Source of the DNA: Sporopachydermia quercuum | Lineage: Eukaryota | NCBI GenBank assembly: GCA_001599295.1 | Contig: BCGN01000008.1 | Location: 310,001-374,000, forward strand | Reading direction: 5' to 3' | DNA length: 64,000 nucleotides | Shown here: piece after piece, positions 48,530 through 59,003 of the stretch | How the letters are laid out: each line of letters opens with the position of its first letter | Position numbering within the stretch: the first letter of the stretch is position 1 | The notes under the pieces: generated by a model | The model's input: the letters and a program-made list of their open reading frames with translations, nothing else | Told to the model about the DNA's origin: nothing | Database searches by the model: none | Position numbers and translations under genes: made by a program

Positions 48530-51500
48530 TTTCAAAAAGTATGAGAAAGCTTTAACACACTTAAATATCCCTAGGCCTATAAGCTGCCTCACGTCTTGAT
48601 ATGCAATTTTTGGTTTGAAGTTGAGCTCGTATAATTAAAAGTGTTTTGCTACTTCCCGCTNCCTTCTTTTTGATTGTTATTCTTCTCGTTGATAGAATTT
48701 GTACTTGACTTCACTCTGGAGCTGAATCAAACCACTACAATTTGGATTTGAAACAGGAGTAGTTCTCCAATAGTATCAAAATCTCTTATTTGATATAATC
48801 AAAAACGAATTTTCAATTCTAGTTTTTTGAAAGTGCTTCTTGATTCTTACAACTGGATCTTTTATCGCCGGAAAGCCTTTTGTTTGTCCAACTTGCTGAT
48901 GGTTTCTGGTTTTTCTTTCCTAGCACGACAGAGCTTTGTGGAAACAGGGGTATATATTGCGCTCAAGGGAAGAAACAATATTTGATATATTGTTTTTTTC
49001 TTACATCAAATAACAATATATCAAGGTTACTGAATGTTGCGTTCACTCTGTTACAAGGGGCAGACAAACATGACAGCCATTAGCAGTAGCACAAAAAAAA
49101 GGGAGGTGGTTGAACAATCTCTAAGTTTCATCTTGTGAATGTACGTGAAAATGGTTTGTGTGGTGCTTTTTGTCTGACCCAATAAATGGGGTATACGGAA
49201 GGTTTTGAGTTTAAGGTTTTCATACTGGTACCTACATATTTTGCCTGGGCTTTCATCGATGGAAGTGACTCTTGCTTAATCAACTGCAGCGAAATGAAAG
49301 TTTGAAATAGTTGATGTTCGGAGAATATTATTAACGAGAAAAATGATGAAAAACGGTAGGTTCCTATTGAACGAACCAATGGAGTCGATTTCCTTTGGTT
49401 TAAATTTAATGAATATATGATGATGAGACACCATCGAGAAGAAAAGGAGCTATTTTCTCATTCTGTTTGGATATCTATATAGGGTTCTCCCTCTTCCAAA
49501 AGCAGCATTGATCAACCAATAGCCCAGGAACCACAAGTGAATAAAAATGTACAGTACCTTTTATTCACGATAGAGTTGAATCCCGTTATATTTAGACCAA
49601 GTTTGAACTTTATTCTAAGGTCCTTCATAGAACAAAGTTTCTTTGCAAAAAAGTTACACCTTTTTGTCGTCACAAGGCTTAATCACTAAACTGTGACATT
49701 AAAAGGATATAAGTATGCTGTGACAGGACAGGACTCAGTAATAAATATAGGAGAGTACGGATATTGTTGAGTAACAGATGTTTTTCGAGGTTTAGAAAAC
49801 TGAATAGATATCTCAAAAGGAATTTGAAGGAATAGTTTCTATGTCTGATAAATTTGTAGATGAGCAGATTTGGAACCACAAAAAAAGGGAGGGAGAAAAG
49901 TTTGCGTTGTTTCAATCCCGATATCGCATCCAGATTGTTGCCCACGACTAAGTCATTTCAGGTACCAAAGTCAAAGTCAAAGTCAGGAACAGGCAAAAGC
50001 TTGAAAAATCGCATGAAACTTCAATGAACAGGTGAATTGTTACAGTGCTAATTTGCTGACTAGTCGTACGTAATTGACATGCTCTACTAACGTCTAGACT
50101 GTTTATAAGCTCATCAACCTCTCTGTCTAACCAAAATACTAAATCTTTCTTAAGCTATATCAAGGCAAGTACCGTGATTTCATTGTAGGTTTCGTTGGGC
50201 TGCCTCTGCATTTCAGTAAACCTCTTTGTTGTACCAGGCACTAAGAAGGCAGACAACTATATCATATAAGTCATACATTACACTCACTAGTAAAAATGTT
50301 GGTTAAATGTTGAAGTTCTTCACATTGTTAATCTTATAAAAAGAAAGATAAACATAGAACTCTGGTAAATTTTTTATGTTTAATTATTATACAAAGGACA
50401 ACAACACATGATGACGCGAGTTACTAGGTTAGAGTGTCACTACTATGTATGCTTTCTGCATGTCTGGATTACAGATCCCAATGTTGTTGTATTGCAAAAT
50501 CACAAGAATTATTGAGCGGGCGTGAATGTTTATCGACATCATTCATAATTTAAAACAAACAACAACAGAATTATTATTGCACTCTTACACAGTAAACACT
50601 TCACCATATATGCTTGTATATTTAAAGATACAACAGAAAAATCACCTTTCGCTAAGATGTGAGTATCAAAATGCTTTGTTTGATTATCTGAAGAAGCAGA
50701 AATCACTTGTTTAAGGCACAGGAACTTTTGAAAAGAACTAATTAGGAGATAAACGCAACAATTATTGTGACAATTGTCACATATTATTTCCCGTCTTTGT
50801 CACGACAGTTCCAGTTCTGTCTTAAAATCCCGAAATGTTTACCATAGCATCGCCTTGGATGTGGTACAGTACATATGTAATCATATTACCATTTTAATTG
50901 TCTTCTCTACTTCAAGTTCGAAGGTGGGATAACTGGAATAGTGCCTTCTTACTGTTCGGCTTTTCAAAATCCTGATCCTAGATCGTCACAGGTAAAGTAA
51001 TATCTTATCTTGAAATTTCGTTAGATTACGATTTATTGTCATCATCTAAACCCTAGTATGAAATGCCACTCACTTTCACGAAACGGGCTTGCAACCAGTA
51101 CCTCACCTATCTATGAATGATCGACAGGTTGAATCACTAGAGAAAAATACAGTTTGAAATCTTGCAGTAAAACTGGTTTCAAACTGGATTTTTGGATCTC
51201 TTTAGTTACGATCTCAATAAATTGATAAGATTGAAATAATTTATTTATGGAAGTGAAAAGAATATGAGAACAAGTTGTAGGTGAATTGCATTCACTTTAT
51301 TAGTGGCTCCATGCATTCAACTGCACTAATCACCTGGGTGAGAAGTTATCTAAAAATTACATTCGCTTACAAATCGATGCCAGCACTTAGTATGGTCTAG
51401 AAACAAATACTATGTTTCTAAACTTCAATTTTCATGCAAGTCAATTTAGCTTTATAGTAACCTTAGTGGAGTTTTTAGCTTCAGCTTTAAAATTGACTGG

Positions 51501-52698
51501 AAAGTACTGTACGTCCAATCTTAGGTAGCACTTGCGGGAAAACATATGTGAATCTCTACTTGATTCATTTGTTATATCAGTTGAAGGTAGATGGCACTTA
51601 TTCAATGTGAAAGCAATAATAATAAAGAGATTAGTATGGAGAAAGAAGAAAAAGTGCAAGTGTAAGTATTGCGAGATTCCAAAAATGCAAAGGCGTCTTA
51701 AGAAGTATTTCTGTTTTTGCAGAAATGACTGAAAACTTGGGCTCATCAATATCTCTGAACAAAAAGAGTTCTGCTTTTAAGAAACATGATAGAAGGTTCA
51801 AAAGCTTCATTATGCATATTGGTGCATAATTATGCATGCAACCTAACTATACTTTGGGGAAAAGTAAGGATGGTTTTATTATGAACTCGAGCAAGATTTC
51901 GGTTAAAGTTGTTGATATACATTTAATTGTAAATAAACTTTAAATGACTAATTGGGGTAAATAAATTATGATCTGAATACTGACATTTATGTATATATCT
52001 ACAGCTATATCTGCCACACAAGTTGACATCAATACTTCGCAAGAGAGCCTCACAATGGAGACGACTATTGCATATATACATATATTGATATCAGAGTGAT
52101 GGGAATACAATTTGCATCACAGAGTGACGATAGATTGGAAGATTGGGATTCAACTCTTTATTGCCCACTTGAAGAGAAAAATGTAGGAGGGGAGACTGGC
52201 ATTATCCTATTCACGCTCAACAGTTTTATCCAATGAATTCCACTAGTCTGGATGTTACATCCATATTATTGTAAGCATAATATCAGAAATTGTAGCGAAT
52301 CACCGTTGTGTAGATAATGAACAAGGCAGAGAAAGCTTAACTTGAAAATTGTTTTACGAATCAGATGGTATCGAAAACATTCGAACGTACAATAGTGCAC
52401 ACTGCTGATTNCGAGATCACCTATAGATTCTCCAGAACATTTTAGTAAGTTATTGACAACGAGATGCACTGGTATCTCGACATGTCAAAAAGAATACCCA
52501 AAAGGCCAATGTGAGTATACTTTTACATAGATTGGGCTAACACTACTCTTGGTGTAAAAATTAATTGGCCATATCATATTACCATTATGGATACAACACC
52601 TAATCAATAATAAAGAAAATAATTATTATTGAGTCGATAGCTACAGATACAACTCACTAGATGAAATTAAAGGAGTAGACAATAATACGAAGTGCAGT

Positions 52699-53169
52699 TT
52701 AGTTTCCACCATGCTAGTAAGAGACCCGTTAGTAATCAGAAACACCAATTTCTTAATTGCCACCACACACACCGATAAGTACATACTTGTTCTTGGTGAG
52801 CTTCAATAGTGTCATTTTCGGCCATTTCTAACTATTATTTATGTTAGTATCTTGGTTATACTGGTGTAAATGAATAAAAATCTTTATCTCAAGTGGAGTC
52901 GCATAGTAGATTCAAGAGGTAACACTTACATCTTCAGGAGTATCTGAATCTTGAATTCTTTCACCATCATATAGAAAACGCAAACTCTTCTTTGATTTGC
53001 TCTGTCTTTCGCAGAAAGCATCAATAAGTTTCTTCAATGGTGTCGTTCTCTTGATCTTGAAAAACACTTCATTTGTTCCGTCAGACACCTTCAAGTTGAT
53101 GTGAGTAGCCGCTCCTTCAGGCTTGATATCGGGCTTAGTATCTGGTGTATCGTTGGGTGCTTCACTCAT
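52699..53169 (-). CDS. SMT3: SUMO (3 exons)
   Basis: Exons 53169-52930, 52831-52787 and 52713-52699. [26 protein letters not shown]; ends EAHQEQHGGN. Confidence 0.95.
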
Positions 53170-54092
53170 ATTGAAAACTTTCTATGGTCCGCCAATATTG
53201 TACAGTTGGAGATTTGAATCATTGGTGTATTTATTTTTTCTTCTTATCGAAGGCGTGATGTGATACTGAAGTAGAAGTATGATAGTAAATGTTCCTTTAA
53301 ACTCATAACATTTGGTTTTCTTTCTTCACACCCATTCATTTCAAGACTTATTGATTATAGATTACGTGATCTTTTATTTTGCTTCATAATAAGAAATACN
53401 TTCAACGTCAAATTCTTCTATCCTCGAAATCGGCTAATATACAACACCGCCATTTGCAATATATTCATTTTTCACTCTGAAATGGCCCTCGTTCTATTCC
53501 AAGCTCTAGTATACTAATCTCCAACTTTTCATTTTCCGCTTCCACTTTTCCACCAACTTATTTTACCCGCACTATAAACTTCATATAGAGTCTCACATAT
53601 ACCCCCTGGGCCGAAATGGAATATTAAATTGTTCTCGCGTTGTTTGGGAGATATTTCACGTGATAATTACTTACTTTTTAGGTATGTGATTATTTGTTTA
53701 CAGCCAAAAACCATCAACATCATAACAAACAGAAATATCTCGATATTGAAATTAAACGAAGCCGAACTTTGTGTTGATAGGACTCATTTTTTAAGAAAGA
53801 CCACTTTTTCATATTAACTAACTAAAGGAAATCAAGAATTAGGAAGATTATGAAAGCAACAGGCTATCAAGTGTATCATTAATAGTGTAACAACAGACCC
53901 ACCCTACTAAGAATCCCAACCTATTCACTCATTTATTCATTCGCTTTACTATTGGGATTAGGAGTAACAAGCCGTACAAACAAAGACTAGATCGCTGAGC
54001 TTGAACAGATCACGGAACAACAGTATAATATTGAAGCCGCTTTTATTTATAATTGTTACCAGTAAAGTCTTTTCAATTGAACTTCTTTGATA

Positions 54093-57000
54093 ATGCAGTC
54101 GAGTTCACAATCAATCAGCCGGATTCGTACCAACGCGTCTCCCAAGATAATCGGATCTCCATTGGGATCACCGATTGGGAGAAGATCAGAAACTGTTCAA
54201 TCAATTTCTTCATACTATTCGAATCCTGATACAAATATTGAGAAAAAACAAATCGGGCCATGGATTCTAGGAGAAATGCTTGGTACCGGTACAAGCGGTA
54301 GAGTATTATTGGCTACCCATCGCGAGACCCGTCAATTGGCTGCAGTGAAAATCGTCGATAAATCAGTATTAACATCCGACTCTCAAAGAGATTCTGCCGG
54401 CTTACCTTATGGAATTGAACGGGAAATTACTATTATGAAACTAATCTCTCATCCTAATATTCTTCAGTTGTATGATGTTTGGGAATCTCCATCTCACTTG
54501 TATTTGATATTGGAGTATGTCCANGGCGGCGAGCTTTTCGATTATCTTATTGAACATGGCCAACTACCTGAATCAACAACTGCCAAGTTTTTTCATCAGA
54601 TTGTACGCGGTGCGGCTTACGTCCACAAGTTTAATATTGCCCACAGAGATTTGAAACCTGAAAACCTGTTACTGGATGTGAATCACAGCAACATTAAGAT
54701 AGCCGATTTCGGTATGGCAGCTTTGGAGAGACCGGCAGAACTACTAGAAACAAGCTGTGGATCACCACATTATGCCTCACCAGAAATTGTGAGTGGAATG
54801 AAATATCATGGACCTGCAGCTGATACATGGTCTTGTGGAGTCATATTATATGCTTTATTGACTGGAACTCTTCCCTTTGATGTCGATGAGACAGAAGAAG
54901 GCGAGGAAGGTATTAGAACATTACTATTGAAAGTGCAATCTGGTGTTTATATTATGCCAGATTTTATTTCCGCTCAAGCTAAAGACTTGATTCGAAGAAT
55001 GCTTGAGGTTGACCCACAAAAACGTATCACATGTCAAGATGCTTTATATCACCCATTTTTCCAGAAATACCCTCAACTAATGAAGGAAATAGATAAAGAA
55101 GAAAAAATTTCTGTTAGGCAGTTAAGTAGAAAAGAATTGGATCAAGGAATTTTGACTAATTTACAAATTCTATGGCATGGTGAACCAAAATCAACAATAA
55201 TTGATAAGCTTACTTGTTCTGAAGATACCATTGAGAAGACCTTTTATTTCCTTTTACTAAAATACAAAATTCAACAGAATAATGATAGTGGAAGTAGTAG
55301 AAAATCAACTGTTCCTATTAGTCGATCGTCATCAAGTATTTTCAAACTACAACGGGAAAAATATGACAACGAATCAGTGCTCAGTGCTAACAATAGTATT
55401 AGCACATCACCATCAAGGTATAATGGAAGAGCTTCACCAACTCAAAGATCTAAGGTGTCTGCTCCCAAAGTTCAACATAAGAGCAGTGCCATCTCTCTCA
55501 ACAGTTCTATTTACAACTACTACCAACAAGGAATTGATACAAGTTTTTTTTTCAACCAAACATCTCCTTCACCACCAAGAAGAATGTGTGAACAAGAATG
55601 GCTAGTAAAAAAGAAATTTAGTACTGATTCTTTAGGGAAAAAGGTTAGTACAGAGTCCTTGAGAAAGAATGTAAATATTGCAACAAAGCAAAGGAAGCCC
55701 ATTAATAAAGTTCGATCAAGTTCTAAACGACGTATTAGTATTTGTTCAAGAAGAAACTCAAGTATATCATCTTTGATCAAGGTGAAACGTGAAGATGAGT
55801 ATATGATTAAAGGAGGGCCAAATAGACGTTCCGACCGTCATGATATTCTTGTAAAGGAAGAACCTATTGATGATACTGTTTCTATTGTAAAAGTTGAGGA
55901 TGAGGAAACCAGTAGAGTGTCAAATGAGTTTGCGCATTTCTGTGAAGANGTTTTCTTCGCTGTCAAGAAGGAAGAATACCTTCCAATTATCGATGAGACC
56001 AAAGAATCAACTGATAAGCGAGCCTTTTCAGAACCTCATAATTTAACAAGAGCAGAAGAATCAGTTGAAAATACCAGAAGAGCCGTTTCCTTTGGCCGAA
56101 ATATTGATCTAATTGGACACCATACATATAGATACTCTAAATTAGACCCTAGATCTAAAATCATTGAGAAGAGAATTACCAGTAAGGCACCTTGGACCCG
56201 GAACTCAATTTCAAAATCTAAAAGTGATAGACTACCTATTGACGATTCCGTTTATTCCTTCACCGCAAGTTTGACTAAAGAACTTGAAGAGACAGTAAAG
56301 AAAGAAGAACAAACAGCCAATCTCAATGACTTTCTTTTGAGCAAGCATCCCAATCAGTTAAGAGCAGTAGAATCAGAAGTGAAAAAAGAATTCGATGAGT
56401 TGCCGCTGATTTCAGAAGAAGCAGATGATGAACTGGAGACATCAAAAAGACACTTTAACAGAATAATGTCCCAAAATAATTCTGTTACACACAAGATTGA
56501 AAAAGATCCTTCAATTGTCAATATGTCTGACCGATTGGAACCACCAGTTGTCGTCTTCTCCAATGTCCCTGATTTGAAACATCCATTAAGAGGAAACCTT
56601 CCCCATACAGATTCTCAAGATAGTGTTATAACAGGTGATAGTTTCAATTTCTATCGTACTCTACAATTGCCTGAAATTCCTGATTCACCAATTGCACCAA
56701 TAGACCAAAACAAGCTTCAAAGAAGGATATCGATTGCCAATTCTTATGTGGAAAACAGGTCAAACGTTGAAAGGGTCCGGATTTACTCGGAAGAAGAATC
56801 ACGCAAACTTATGGAACAAGTGGAGCATATTACTAGTGAAGCTGATGGTTTTGACTATGAGACTGATAGTGATTCTAATTCAATTGTCCCTTCACTAGCA
56901 AGTACTATCAAACCAACAAGAAGGGGAACAATCAAAAAGCTACTGAAACGAGATGTCTCGGGTCGCGAGGATAGTAATAAAGGCATCAATAATGTTAATG

Positions 57001-57770
57001 AAAATCCTGACAATGAAAGCAATGTTAATCTGGGAGTGGGCACTATCTCTGAGAGAAGGAAAGCGTCAGCAGGAGCAGTTTCCCGTCAGAAGACCATGAG
57101 CATAAGGAATGTCACCCCAGAATCAAACAGAATACCTTTGAGAAATATAACCAACAGACAAGCAAGTTATAAGCCATCAGTTAAATCCGATCAGGGGAAA
57201 CCATTACCTCCAATTAGATCGCAGGCACTACAGAGACCATTAAAAGACAGTTCCCAACAACCTGAATCTTCGTCGACCCAAACGAGAGGGGATGAATTAA
57301 AGAATCACTCACTTTGGAGTAAGATCAAGGATTATCTCATTATTGGAGATCATCTACGTAGACCCAACTGGTTTGCTGGTTTGTTCTCTGATCCTGGTGA
57401 TCATGAAAAGCAGGAAATATTAATGCATACGATTCTTGAACCAGAGGAATTAGCACCTGCGTTGATATCTGTGATGAAAGATTGGAAGAAATATGGTGTA
57501 AAGTATCTTGGAAGAACTAATCGTGATGGCATTATTGTATTAGCGGGTAAAGTATCGAAAATCAATGTTCTCAAATTTAGATCAGTGTTATTTGATGTTG
57601 AAATTGATTGGTTGAGAGTCACTGGGGTTAACGGAGAGGAAATAAGAGGTAGTGGTGCTACAAAATGTGAATTGAAATTCATTAAGAAGAAAGGAAGTGC
57701 AAAGAGCTTCAATAAATTTGTTGAAGAGATTAGAGGAGTATTCATGGAAGAGAGGATATATAGTTATTAG
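54093..57770 (+). CDS. GIN4: Nim1-family septin-associated Ser/Thr kinase (Gin4/Kcc4/Hsl1-like)
   Basis: LPYGIEREI, HRDLKPENLLL, LLETSCGSPHYASPE and a C-terminal KA1-like domain. Adjacent to SMT3. First ATG is at 54093. Confidence 0.75.
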   Translation: MQSSSQSISRIRTNASPKIIGSPLGSPIGRRSETVQSISSYYSNPDTNIEKKQIGPWILGEMLGTGTSGRVLLATHRETRQLAAVKIVDKSVLTSDSQRDSAGLPYGIEREITIMKLISHPNILQLYDVWESPSHLYLILEYVXGGELFDYLIEHGQLPESTTAKFFHQIVRGAAYVHKFNIAHRDLKPENLLLDVNHSNIKIADFGMAALERPAELLETSCGSPHYASPEIVSGMKYHGPAADTWSCGVILYALLTGTLPFDVDETEEGEEGIRTLLLKVQSGVYIMPDFISAQAKDLIRRMLEVDPQKRITCQDALYHPFFQKYPQLMKEIDKEEKISVRQLSRKELDQGILTNLQILWHGEPKSTIIDKLTCSEDTIEKTFYFLLLKYKIQQNNDSGSSRKSTVPISRSSSSIFKLQREKYDNESVLSANNSISTSPSRYNGRASPTQRSKVSAPKVQHKSSAISLNSSIYNYYQQGIDTSFFFNQTSPSPPRRMCEQEWLVKKKFSTDSLGKKVSTESLRKNVNIATKQRKPINKVRSSSKRRISICSRRNSSISSLIKVKREDEYMIKGGPNRRSDRHDILVKEEPIDDTVSIVKVEDEETSRVSNEFAHFCEXVFFAVKKEEYLPIIDETKESTDKRAFSEPHNLTRAEESVENTRRAVSFGRNIDLIGHHTYRYSKLDPRSKIIEKRITSKAPWTRNSISKSKSDRLPIDDSVYSFTASLTKELEETVKKEEQTANLNDFLLSKHPNQLRAVESEVKKEFDELPLISEEADDELETSKRHFNRIMSQNNSVTHKIEKDPSIVNMSDRLEPPVVVFSNVPDLKHPLRGNLPHTDSQDSVITGDSFNFYRTLQLPEIPDSPIAPIDQNKLQRRISIANSYVENRSNVERVRIYSEEESRKLMEQVEHITSEADGFDYETDSDSNSIVPSLASTIKPTRRGTIKKLLKRDVSGREDSNKGINNVNENPDNESNVNLGVGTISERRKASAGAVSRQKTMSIRNVTPESNRIPLRNITNRQASYKPSVKSDQGKPLPPIRSQALQRPLKDSSQQPESSSTQTRGDELKNHSLWSKIKDYLIIGDHLRRPNWFAGLFSDPGDHEKQEILMHTILEPEELAPALISVMKDWKKYGVKYLGRTNRDGIIVLAGKVSKINVLKFRSVLFDVEIDWLRVTGVNGEEIRGSGATKCELKFIKKKGSAKSFNKFVEEIRGVFMEERIYSY

Positions 57771-58073
57771 ACCAAAGAACAGGGAGGGGAAAGAAAAGAG
57801 GGCGTATTGTCAAGTGCATGGAATGGTTGAATAAGCTCCGTTAATTATTATATTTATATTTATATATTGTGAAATTTTAATTTCGATAGAATATTCGCCA
57901 TTCATAACTATTTCTGGTAAACGATTGATCATAAGAGTTAACACTTCTACGCACACGTTTCAATTAATCGATGGATAAAGATACATAAATTCTATCCACT
58001 AGGTCATAAAACAGTTTGCTTTGTTACCACGCACTCATTGCACTGGTTCCCCTAATCTCGAAAGAAGGCATTT

Positions 58074-59003
58074 CTAATTGAAGCTATTCCCAACAACTGT
58101 ACTCTCTTCAATGTCATCAAAACCTTCCAAATCATTCAAATCAGCTTCGTCTAACCCACCTTCGTCGTTCAAATGTAGGCCTCTTTCGGCAGCAATCTGT
58201 TGAATCTTTTCATTCATTTTGTAATAAACAAGATAAGTAGTAAGAGTCACAGCTCCAACAGCAAGAACAATAGAAATTCCATCTACAACTCGTGTAGCAG
58301 TAGACTTTTTCTCGCCCATATCAGCCAGTCGAGAGCCTATAAATACGTGAATCAATAGTTTCGGTGACGCTATAGTACTTGCAATAAGAAATGATTTCCA
58401 ATCAACTGTGTGAATTGCAGCTAAGGAGCCATTGCTTAGAGAATACGGCAAAGGACATAGCCTTATAAGCACCAGGAATAAAAGAGCATTCTCTTCGAGG
58501 GTTAGTGCTAATGCTGAGAATTGTGTTGATCGTCTGAGAAGCTTCACAGCATAGGAATGAAGTAAAAACTTAAACGTTATAAAAGCAAAGAATGAACCAA
58601 TAACTGTCATGCCAGCAAGAATAGGGAAACCTCCAGGAAAACCATATATAATTCCACATAATGTTGACAACGCTGAATAACCAATTAACGGCGGAAACGC
58701 AACAAAGAAAAGTAAAGTAGCCATCAATAAAGATCCATACCTAAGACTTCTCCATGATTCACCTATGGTTGTTATACCTTCCAAAACTTGTTTATAGAAT
58801 ATGAGAACAAGTATTGAAAGAATTGTTGATATCACAGCCCCTACAACAACCGAAATTTGCTTCGTTCTGCTAAGTGAAAAGTAATAGCGTGACAATTGAG
58901 AGCTATATGATCTGGCTGCATGAATAGCCTGCTGCATTGGAGATCTATTTGATCTGTAATCTCCGCTTTCAGAGTCTGAGTCAGTGAGGGCGATAAATGA
59001 CAT
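58074..59003 (-). CDS. TVP38: Golgi membrane protein Tvp38 (DedA/SNARE-associated family)
   Basis: FPPLIGYS, LIRLCPLPYSLSNG and PKLLIHVFIGSRL. Confidence 0.9.
   Translation of the reverse strand: MSFIALTDSDSESGDYRSNRSPMQQAIHAARSYSSQLSRYYFSLSRTKQISVVVGAVISTILSILVLIFYKQVLEGITTIGESWRSLRYGSLLMATLLFFVAFPPLIGYSALSTLCGIIYGFPGGFPILAGMTVIGSFFAFITFKFLLHSYAVKLLRRSTQFSALALTLEENALLFLVLIRLCPLPYSLSNGSLAAIHTVDWKSFLIASTIASPKLLIHVFIGSRLADMGEKKSTATRVVDGISIVLAVGAVTLTTYLVYYKMNEKIQQIAAERGLHLNDEGGLDEADLNDLEGFDDIEESTVVGNSFN

Noticed and set aside
50024..50097. Orphan splice signals (TACTAAC..TAG at 50085-50097; also GCTAAC..CAG at ~14260-14271)
   Set aside because: No strong donor or meaningful ORF, and such heptamers are expected by chance in AT-rich DNA.
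51532..51732. Cys/Lys-rich 66-aa ORF
   Set aside because: Non-ATG start, no known zinc-finger spacing and no other support.
20754..53701. Forkhead GTAAACA sites as a cell-cycle regulon (MLC2, MLC1, BUB1, GIN4)
   Set aside because: Plausible, but the count is near the chance expectation at this AT content, so they are not called as features.
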